Source: an uncultured Oscillospiraceae bacterium (lineage in GTDB: Bacteria > Bacillota > Clostridia > Oscillospirales > QAMX01). From it: a stretch of DNA of 64,000 bases. The stretch spans positions 2,642-66,641 of the forward strand of contig CAZEUG010000007.1 of NCBI GenBank assembly GCA_964515055.1, written 5' to 3'. Shown one piece after another: positions 51,511 to 60,800 of the stretch (positions are counted from its first letter, which is position 1; each line of letters opens with the position of its first letter). The notes under the pieces were generated by a model. The model did no database searches. It was not told where the DNA came from and worked only from the letters and a program-made list of their open reading frames with translations. Position numbers and translations under genes: made by a program.

Positions 51511-52626
51511 CTAAATGCCCGCGCTTTTCATACAGAGAATGACGCTGATCAAAATGGCAACGACGGCTCCGGCCGCCATTGCAAACGCCATGCTGACTGC
51601 ATCGGCCACCGCGTCGATGGCCTCCCGTCCCGGATGCTCCGGCATATTCTGCGCCAGTGCAGCCGCTGCACGCAGCGAAAGATAGGAAATTCCGGTCGAT
51701 AAGAGTGGAAAAACTGCACAGCTCATCAGAGCGATCAGGCCAAAGGTACCCAATACGTTGCGGATGACAGCGGCACCCGCGAATACGGATTCGGTCGCCT
51801 CACTGATGCTGCCGCCGACAATGGGAATCCCGATCGACAAAGCGGTCTTGGCCGTTTTCTTGGCCAGCGTATCGGCTGCGGAACCAATCAGCCCGCTCAC
51901 CGATAAATACCCCAGATACAGCGTCAGGGACACGCGAATCAGCATCCCGGACGTGTTCCGGAGAAAGGAACTGAATCGGGAAAAAAAGTCGTTTTGGGAA
52001 AGAATTCCAACTGCGCGAAGCGTCAAGGTAGCATAGGTCAACGGCAAAAAGATTTTGACAAAGACCGTGATCATCAGATTCGCAAAGATCACAGCTGCGC
52101 TCTGCTTGGCCATTGCAGCTCCGCCGTTTCCGGCGGCTGTTCCGGCAGCTGTCATCGCCGGCAAGAGAGCGCTGATGAAAACACGCAGATTTTCCAACAG
52201 TTCTGTGACCTGTCCGAGTGCAGAGTGAACTCTTTGAGCGCCGACCAGAATAATCGAAGCGACAGCGGCGGTGTGGACGGCATGGCTTCCGATCATACTT
52301 CTGGCTCCGATGAATGCGGAGGCCAGTGAAGAAATCAGGCTGATGGCCAGGAGACCGGCAGACATACGGAACTCCTCCTGAACGATTTTTCCGGCAGTCT
52401 GCCAAACATTTTCTGATAAGGACTGAAGTCCTTTGTCCAGCTGATAGCCTGTCTCACTTTTTGCAGTTCGAACAAGCTCCGCCTGTTCTTCAGGCAGACT
52501 GGCATAGAGTGCATCGGTTTCGGCTTCGCCTGAAAACGCGATGCATGGCACAATGACGAGCGGAAGCACCAGCAAAAACAAACACAGGGGCCTTCCGATT
52601 GTATGGAGCATCATGGACTCACCCAC
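51511..52626 (-). CDS. spoIIIAE: stage III sporulation protein AE
   Basis: 371 aa, signal peptide plus a polytopic membrane domain. Assigned by position in the operon. Confidence 0.8.
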   Translation of the reverse strand: MGESMMLHTIGRPLCLFLLVLPLVIVPCIAFSGEAETDALYASLPEEQAELVRTAKSETGYQLDKGLQSLSENVWQTAGKIVQEEFRMSAGLLAISLISSLASAFIGARSMIGSHAVHTAAVASIILVGAQRVHSALGQVTELLENLRVFISALLPAMTAAGTAAGNGGAAMAKQSAAVIFANLMITVFVKIFLPLTYATLTLRAVGILSQNDFFSRFSSFLRNTSGMLIRVSLTLYLGYLSVSGLIGSAADTLAKKTAKTALSIGIPIVGGSISEATESVFAGAAVIRNVLGTFGLIALMSCAVFPLLSTGISYLSLRAAAALAQNMPEHPGREAIDAVADAVSMAFAMAAGAVVAILISVILCMKSAGI

Positions 52627-52639
52627 TTCTCTGGTGTTG

Positions 52640-53041
52640 TCAAAAGCGCAGCAGCGACAGGATCTCTGTTAAGAGCGGAAGCGCCTGGACAAGGCTGAGT
52701 GTCCCGCCGAGCAGCTCCAGCTGCATGGCCAGCGTTCCTTCTCCGCAGTCTCGACAGGCCTGTGCGCCAAAGCCGGTCATCAGCGTGATGCCGAGAATGC
52801 GAAACAGGAAAAAAACGGTATCGCTTACGCCGGAAAAGAGTGATGCGTGGTCACGCAGATAGTCGGTTAAGACGGAAATACCGGATATGGCGGCAACGGC
52901 CACCATGACAGAAACCGCCAGGGTCAGTACAAATCCATACGATGGCTCTGCTTTTTTGATGAGAAGCACGCAAAGCAGTGCGGCCAAAACAAACGACGTC
53001 CAACGGATTGCTTCTTCCATTTGGCTTCTTCCGGCTTTCAA
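52640..53041 (-). CDS. spoIIIAD: stage III sporulation protein AD
   Basis: 133 aa with 4 TM segments. The start overlaps the spoIIIAC stop by 4 nt. Confidence 0.8.
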   Translation of the reverse strand: MKAGRSQMEEAIRWTSFVLAALLCVLLIKKAEPSYGFVLTLAVSVMVAVAAISGISVLTDYLRDHASLFSGVSDTVFFLFRILGITLMTGFGAQACRDCGEGTLAMQLELLGGTLSLVQALPLLTEILSLLRF

Positions 53042-53247
53042 AAGATCAACGTCTGGCGGATCGCTGTAAACAGCTGTCCGATCTGCTCCAGCAGCACCAG
53101 CATGACAACGATCAGTCCGGCAATTGTAATCATGAGTGCCTGTTCATCTCGGCCGGCACGCGTCAGAACCAGGTTCAGAAAACTGACCAGCAGACCCACT
53201 GCGGCAATTTTGAAAATCAGATCGATCTGCAAAGAAGACTCCCCCAT
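53038..53247 (-). CDS. spoIIIAC: stage III sporulation protein AC
   Basis: ORF 53038..53445 trimmed to MGESSLQIDLIFKIAAVGLLVSFLNLVLTRAGRDEQALMITIAGLIVV (69 aa, 2 TM), the typical SpoIIIAC size and sequence. Confidence 0.8.
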   Translation of the reverse strand: MGESSLQIDLIFKIAAVGLLVSFLNLVLTRAGRDEQALMITIAGLIVVMLVLLEQIGQLFTAIRQTLIF

Positions 53248-53249
53248 CC

Positions 53250-53756
53250 CTACATCAACAGAATACCGGCCAGCAGTGCGGCAACTGGCCACAGGGTCTG
53301 ACGCAAGCGCATTTCGTTTTTCTGCGCGGCAGCCGTTTGATCGGCCCAGGCTCGAAATTGATGAGCCGAGGCGGCGATGGACGGATGCGCAGCGTGAGCG
53401 CTGAAACAGGTCAGTGCGCGCCCAACGCTTTCCAGCTCCCGCCATGCTTCATTGGTCATGGCAAACGCTGTTTGACTGTTTTGCATGGCGAGCTGCCAGG
53501 CCTCCCATCCATTGGTACCGGTATGCATTCCGGTTTCCACATCCTGAAAAAACTGGCCGGTATGCCCCGGCTGTGCGGCCAGGCGATGAATCAATTCTGC
53601 GGGCTTCATGTGACCGCTTTCAATTTCACGGCTGATCACGTTGCAGGCGAAGGCCAGAGTACGCAGCGAATCGACGCGTGTACGGATGCGGTCGGCAGAA
53701 CGAAAGCCCAGCAAGATACCGGCGAGTAACAGGCAAAGCAGACCGGTGAGCTTCAT
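53250..53756 (-). CDS. spoIIIAB: stage III sporulation protein AB
   Basis: ORF 53250..53792; start taken at MKLTGLLCLLLAGILLGF, which overlaps the spoIIIAA stop by 4 nt. Confidence 0.8.
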   Translation of the reverse strand: MKLTGLLCLLLAGILLGFRSADRIRTRVDSLRTLAFACNVISREIESGHMKPAELIHRLAAQPGHTGQFFQDVETGMHTGTNGWEAWQLAMQNSQTAFAMTNEAWRELESVGRALTCFSAHAAHPSIAASAHQFRAWADQTAAAQKNEMRLRQTLWPVAALLAGILLM

Positions 53757-54736
53757 AGCGTCTCTGATGCATCCAGCGCATAAGCGGTGCATATGCGTTC
53801 AGCACCCTGTCGTTCCAGATGCAGAACGCGGGAAAACAGCTGGTTTTCCAGCAGCTGGTCATAGAGCTTTCGGCGGCGGAGTTCAGAGATCTCGTCAGCG
53901 TGAGCAGTTGCGAGGATGCGGACGCCGCAGTTGGCAGCACGGCAGATGGCCTCAACATCCTGCGGAGCCGTTATTTCATCCATGGCAATCAGCTGCGGCG
54001 ACATGGAGCGCAGCAGCATCATGGCCGCTTCGGCTTTTGGGCATCCGTCGATGACGTCTACGAAGTGTCCCAGCGCAAATTGCGGTTCCCCTTGCATCAG
54101 GGCGACAATTTCACTGCGCTCGTCGCAAACGCCGATGCGCATTCCGTCGGCTGACAGCGTCCGGATGAGATCGCGCAGATACGTCGTTTTTCCAACGAGC
54201 GGTGATGAAATAATCAATGTGTTGTGCAGCCCGGAATCGGAGCAAATGACCTCCCTGCCGAACTGACTGATTCCCTGCACATCTCTGGCGATTCGGATGC
54301 AGAGGGAGCTGAAGCCGTTCATGGAGGCGACACCGTTCTGATGAATGATGACGTGGCCGCACAGGCCGAGACGATGCCCACCGCGGATGGGAATAAAGCC
54401 CTGACGAATCGTTTCTTCAGCGCTGTAGACAAAGCCATCGGCTGCCTTTTCAATGGTGTAGAGGACGTGCTCTGCGGTACACGTGATTCCGCGGGACAGA
54501 TCATCGGATATGTACAGCTTGCCATCCCTGGAGAGAATCTGCTCTTTGCCGTCTAATGTGACTGTCACCTCGTGGCCTACACGGAGACGGATTTCCTCGA
54601 GGCGGTTTCGGGTGGATTCCGGCAGCAACCATGCGGCACGCTTCATCTCGGATGGCAGACAATCGAAGATCTGTGCGGTTTGTATGGGCGATATCAGCGG
54701 CGAACGGCTCAGGACGCTTTTTGAGATCAGGCGCAT
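53753..54736 (-). CDS. spoIIIAA: stage III sporulation protein AA (secretion-type ATPase)
   Basis: 327 aa with Walker A ISSPLVGKTTYLRD and Walker B-like LIAMDEI. RBS is GGGAGG. Confidence 0.85.
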   Translation of the reverse strand: MRLISKSVLSRSPLISPIQTAQIFDCLPSEMKRAAWLLPESTRNRLEEIRLRVGHEVTVTLDGKEQILSRDGKLYISDDLSRGITCTAEHVLYTIEKAADGFVYSAEETIRQGFIPIRGGHRLGLCGHVIIHQNGVASMNGFSSLCIRIARDVQGISQFGREVICSDSGLHNTLIISSPLVGKTTYLRDLIRTLSADGMRIGVCDERSEIVALMQGEPQFALGHFVDVIDGCPKAEAAMMLLRSMSPQLIAMDEITAPQDVEAICRAANCGVRILATAHADEISELRRRKLYDQLLENQLFSRVLHLERQGAERICTAYALDASETL

Positions 54737-54806
54737 GAGAAGAACCTCCCATCTGCTTTTTGTTTATTGATATTGCTTGCCTGTCCCGAATAGAACCGGT
54801 ATTATT

Positions 54807-54844
54807 GAAACAGCGTAGGTGACTGCTGCCACCTACGCTGTTTC
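54807..54844 (-). other. 15-bp hairpin 2 nt after the stop of the giant gene (no U tract)
   Basis: gaaacagcgtaggtg / cacctacgctgtttc with an 8-nt loop. On the reverse strand it is followed by AATAATACC. Confidence 0.55.
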
Positions 54845-54845
54845 G

Positions 54846-57800
54846 TTAACGGATTTCGACTTCGACTTCTTCACTGGTCAACGGCCAGGCAACGAAGTGG
54901 GTCTGTCTGTTGGCGCTGAGATGGATTGTGAGATGCAGATGAATTCCGGAAAAACGGAGCCGGCACGAGCAGGTCGACACATCATCCGGGAGATTCGGCG
55001 TGATGGTCAGACCCTGCGGAGAACCGTGAATGCCCAGCATTTCTTCCACCACCGCCTTTCGGAACCATGCGGCAGAACCGGTATACCAGCTCCATCCACA
55101 TACGCCGTTTTTCTCACCGGCATATACATCTGCAGCCAGGACAAAGTCTTCGCCGCCGTAAATCGACGGATCATGCGTCTTTGGTAAAAGCAACCGGAGC
55201 AGTTCCCAGCCGTCGTTTGGTCGTCCGGCGCGAAAACAGGCCATGGCCAGCCAGACAGCGGCGTGCGTATACTGTCCGCCGTTTTCCCGTACACCGGTCG
55301 GATAATCGGAAAGGTATCCGACATTTGCAGAGCGGGTAAATGGCGGCGTAAACAACCGAACGATTCGATTTTTTCGGTCAACCAGCTGTTCGAGCGCCGT
55401 TTGGAGCGCGAGCTGCATCTGCCGATGCTCCTGTTCCGATTCCGAACCGTCGGAGGACAGCCAGGCAAAGCTCTGTGCAATGGAGTCCAGCTGACATTCT
55501 TTCGAACAGGCAGAGCCCAAAACGGCTCCCTCGTCCGTATAAGCGCGGAGAAAGCGATCGGCTTCGAAGGTGTTCATGGCGGCCGAACGCAGATTATTTG
55601 CGGCGGCCAAAAGATGGTTTGCTTCCTTCAAATCCTTCATGCGGTTGCAGACCGTCGCAAAGCGGCGTAAAACAAGGCTGCCGAACCAGGCCAGCCAAAC
55701 GCTTTCGCCTTTTCCCTGCTCCCCAATGCCGTTCAGCCCGTCGTTCCAGTCGCCGTTCAAAATCAGAGGCAAACGATGTGCTCCACATCCACGGGACAAA
55801 AACAGATGAATGGCACGCAGGCCGTGCTGATACAGCGTTTCCGAACAGGGCGATGATTCGGCATTTTCATAGCGTTCCCGCTCATCTGGACGCAGTGGTG
55901 CGCTTTTCAGGTACGGAACCGGAACGGATAAGAGTGCCTCCTCTCCGGTGCGGTCGAGATACAGCGCCGTGAAATAGGGTAACCAAAGCAGATCATCGCT
56001 GCAGCGTGTGCGCACGCCGTTCTTTCGGGCATCATCTTTGAATCCGACATGAAACCAGTGCTGGACGTCGCCTTCTTCATATTGATGTTCTGCACAGAGC
56101 AGGAGCAGCGCACGCAGGATCTGCGGTTCATCCAGCAGGAAAGCGGATGCATCCTGCATCTGATCGCGAAAACCGATGGCGCCGCCGTTCTGGTAGAAGG
56201 AGGAGCGCGCATACAAGCGGGAGCCCTTGATCTGCCAGACAGCCCAGTCGTTCATATAGGCATCCAAAACCGGATGCCCGCTTTGAATGACCACCTGCTT
56301 TGTCTCCTGTTTTCGCGCTTCGCAGGCTGCGTGGAACAACTGCTCCGCCAGGTCAACGGATACAGAAGCGGCAGCAGAGACGGCATCTCCAACCGAATCG
56401 GCAGCAGCGCAGGTCAGGACAATGTGTTGGCCGGTGATCCGGAAAGCGGCAACTCGCCCGCACGGAATGGTTTCTTCAATGGCGGAAAAAAGGCCGCTCT
56501 TGTAGGCCGCCTCGCTGCACGTCACTCCGATTGGAGCCGGTACAGTCGCACAGGCCAAAGCCGTGGGTGGAAAGTCGTCTGCCATCGGGTGATACGTCGT
56601 CACGGCGTTGAAATCCTGTTGGAACGATGTGATCACGCCATTTTTAGCCGCGCGGCGTTCTCCGAAAAGCGGCTGCATCCGCCAATCAACGGTCACGGGA
56701 TGATCAGACGATTCGATGATCAAAAGCCGCAGTGGGCGATCTGGTGCAACAAATGCACGGGTGCGAATGCTCTGTCCGTCGATCTCAGCTTCCCAAACCG
56801 TATACCCCTGTTCAAAGCGGCACGCAGCACCGCACAAAATTGGAATGCGATGACCATGAACCAGACAGCTCAGCTCTTCTCCCCCTTCGGATTCGTCCAA
56901 CGGTGTCAGCTTCATCAGCCGGGCATTCCGAAACCAGAGATGTGTCATGCCAAAGTCTGTCGAGAGACAGCCGAAGAACGGGTTACACAGTGGCTGCGAC
57001 CAGGTGCGCGTGTGCTGTGCAGGTACCTGTGCATGAGGAAGCACGGGCGGAAAAGACGTCGGCTGGTACGGCAACACCGTGCAGGCGACCAACCGCACGG
57101 CGGCGACAGAGGCAGAATCGGCCGTCGATAAATCGATCAGGTGAATGCCGCCGTGAACACCGACCGCTGCTTCGCATCCGCTGATTCGAACTGCGGCATG
57201 GAACAGATGAAAGCCTTGCCGTTCATACGCTCCGCCGTCATCGATCAGAATACAGAGATCATAAACAATCCCGCAGGCCGAAAGGAGCTCATGAATCCGA
57301 ATGGCCGTAAAAATTTCGCCGGTGAGCTGCGGCAGGTCTTCCGAGTAGGCTTCCAGTACCACAACCGGCAGATCTCCGCTGATGCCGAGCTGCCACAGCG
57401 CACCGCGAGAGGTTTCTGTCTCGTATACGACATCTGTCCGTTCAGATGGGGTCATCATCGGTGTCAGCAACGACAAGGCGTACAGCAAATCCGGTGTCTG
57501 CAGGGAGAGACGTTGAGCCATCCGGCAAAAGCGCAGCCCCTGATGGGCTGTTCGGAGCGCATGGGAACCGGCAGAGACCGCAGAGTGCATCGATTCGCCG
57601 AGCGCTATGGCAAAATGAAACGTGAAGGTTTCGCCTGGAGCGAGGACAACGGGAATCACGGCGCGCAAAATTGGTCGGCGCGGTGTTCCAAAAGAAGAGT
57701 GCCGGAGGTTGCTGCAGCAGGCTTCCGGATGCGTGGGAGGATTTCCGGCGAGAATTGCGTCGCCGTCTGACGTAAAGGTCGTTGAACCCGGCTCACAAAT

Positions 57801-60800
57801 CAACGCGACGCTCTGACCCTCATTGCGACTGGCTACGGCTCCATTCTGAACAGCTTTGGTCGATAGAAACATTCGATAGAAATCGGGGTGACTTTCATAT
57901 TCGTCCAAGTGTCCGGCCAGCGGTTCGCAAAACAGAACCAGATGCCCGCAAATTCGTTGGGGGCCTGTGTTCTGGATTTGCACTTCCCGCACTTCTGCCG
58001 GTTCATTTTCAGCCAGCTGAACCTGCATTTTCATACGGATGGAATCGGACTCGGCCAGAAAGCTTGACTGTCGTCCTGTCCATTCGAACTGATACGCCAT
58101 TGACGTCTGTCCAATGGGAACGGGCGAAACAATGCCCGCATCTGTTCGGAACAGCACGAGAATACCCGGCTCGGCGTGATAGGCCTCTGTTTGACGCGTA
58201 AAGAGGCGTGAGGTGCCGTTTGCAGAAGTCAAGAGCGTACAGCCGTCATTGGCCAGCAGGTTCCAGCTCGGAAGCGGATTCTGAACATTTGGGCCGTGCA
58301 GTCTGTATTCGGGCAATACGTTTACCTGCTCTGCAGAGGCATGGACGTGCATCCGTTTGACGTTGACTGCATGAATCGGCATTCGCTCTGCGAGGAGCAT
58401 ATGATATGCGCGAAGATCGGTTTGGCCGAAAAATGCATCGAGGAAATAGGCCTTCCCGCTTTCCGCAGCTGTCAGCAGATTGCAGATCGAGCAAAGCGAC
58501 ATGGCCATATGGTGCGCCATATACGTTTTGCAGACGCGATAGGCTGAAGGGTTTTCTGAAAGCACTGCCATCCGCCGCCCTGTCCAATCAACAGACTCAT
58601 ACAGGCCGTATTTGCCCTGCATTCCATCCATTTGGGTCAGGACACGCAAATTGTGCAGCGCCTTGTCCGGATCGATGGACAGCGCCAGATAGGACGAGTA
58701 CGGCGAGACAACCAATTCGTGTTCCAGACCATTTTTGAAGCCGATGGCCGGAACACCATGGGCTTTGTATTGATAGGTCAGCGTCTCATCAAAGGCATAA
58801 AAAGCGCTTTCAGATATCCCCCACGGCGTTTTCCGCTTTTTGGCATAGATGCGTTGACAGTATACCGCATACCGATTTGCTTCGTAGAGCAGCGAATTTT
58901 CCGTTTCCGGCAGAAGCAGATTGGGCATCAGGTATTCAAACAGACTGCCGCTCCAAGAGGCCAGACCGGTATAGCCGTTTGTCTCCGACAGTGAGCGGGA
59001 CAGAGAAAACCAGTGCTTGACCGGAATCTCTCCCTTTGCAATGGCCAGATAGCTGGTCAAGCGGGCTTCACTGGCCAGCATATCATAGTGCCCGCCGACA
59101 CTTTTGCCGTCCCTGTCCACAGCGATATGCAATAGGCGGACACGATCGTCATAAAATACAGAAAAATCGGCAAGGCGTGCAAGCTGCTCCATTCTTTCTG
59201 CAAGTGCACTTGAGCCGTGACGATCAGCCAGTTGAGCGGCGGCCAGCAGGGACGCGCAGAGATTGCCGCTGTCAACCGACGAAATGACGGCGGGTTGCAT
59301 GACGGTGAGTGTGTCGGTCCGATACCAGTTATACAGGTGGCCGTGATTTTTCTCCATGCGTTCCAGTGAACTGATGGTGCGCATCAGGCGCTTTTCTGCA
59401 TCGTCCCATGGAATGAATCCCAGCTTTTCGGCGGCGAAGACGGATAAAATGCCGAGACCGATGTTGGTCGGACTTGTTCGATGGGCAATGGTGCCACACG
59501 GTGCAATCTGCTCATTATCGGGCGGCAGATTTTGATCAGCTTCCGTCATTCGTTCATCAAAGAATCGCCAGATTCGCTGTGCCTGCTCCAGCAGAAACGC
59601 CTGATCGGACAAGCTGACCTCAGGTGAACGATCCAGTTTCCCGGACAACAGGAAGGAATACAGCGGTGACAGCAGCCAGAGCAAGGATACCAGACAGGAA
59701 ATGAGATTTCCGGCAACGACGCAGAGGAGGATCGCCAGAATCACAGAGGGCAGCAATACATAGATTTCATGCAGGATGGCACCAAAACCGATTCGACGGT
59801 AGCGTGCGTGCTTTTCGGCTTCGGCGGCCGTCGTCCATTCCAACAGGCGGCGTTTTGAGATCAGCATACGCCAGAGCGCCTGCACCATGGCGCGGGTGGT
59901 CACATACGCTTCAAAGGGCAACAGTACAAAGCGGGAGAAAAACAGCAACAGCCCGCCACGAAATCCGGCATAGATCGTAGAGTGGCATCGCGTGGATATT
60001 CGGTTGGGGAAGTTTCGAAGTCGTTCAACGGTGTTGAGGAGCATGGGTACCGTCAAGGCTGCGAGCGCAAACAGCGCACCGACAGCCGAGGCCGGATTTG
60101 GGAAAATGCAGAAGGAAAGAATTGCCATGCAAATTGCGGCCGGTGTTTCCACACGGCGGATATTGTCGCAGATTCGGTATTTTGCAGAGGGTGTCAGAGG
60201 GTTGCGATAGCGCTGCCCTTGTCTGTTGCGGAGGTACGGAAGCAGAAACGGAATCAACTGGATATCGCCGCGGGTCCAACGCGCCTGTCGTTTCATAAAG
60301 GATCGGACAGAGGATGGAAAACCGTCGATGACCGAGGCTTCTGCGAGAAAACCGGTTCGCAAAAAACTGCCTTCCAGCAAATCGTGGGACAATATTCGCT
60401 GATCTGCAATCTTGTCCTTCAAAACACTGTGCATGGCACGGAGATCGAGAATTCCTTTGCCGGTGAAAATGGAATCTCCAAACAGATTTTGGCAGATATC
60501 GCCGCTCGACACGCAGTACGGATCCGTCCCGCCCTGTCCGGCAAAGATTCTGGAAAAGAGTGTGGCATTGGCCGCGGTCAAATCCATGGTGATGTGCGGC
60601 TGAAGAATACCATAACCGGCAACCACCCTCGACGCATCCGGGGCGATCACTGCACGGTTCAGCGGATGCAGCATGGCGCCGACCATGTGACGGACGGAGT
60701 CGGGCTCCGGAATGGTATCGGCATCCAGTGCAATCAGATACCGCACCGTTTTCAAGCGCTCTGCTTCCACACCGTAAAAAATTGGTTCATTGTTCGGATC

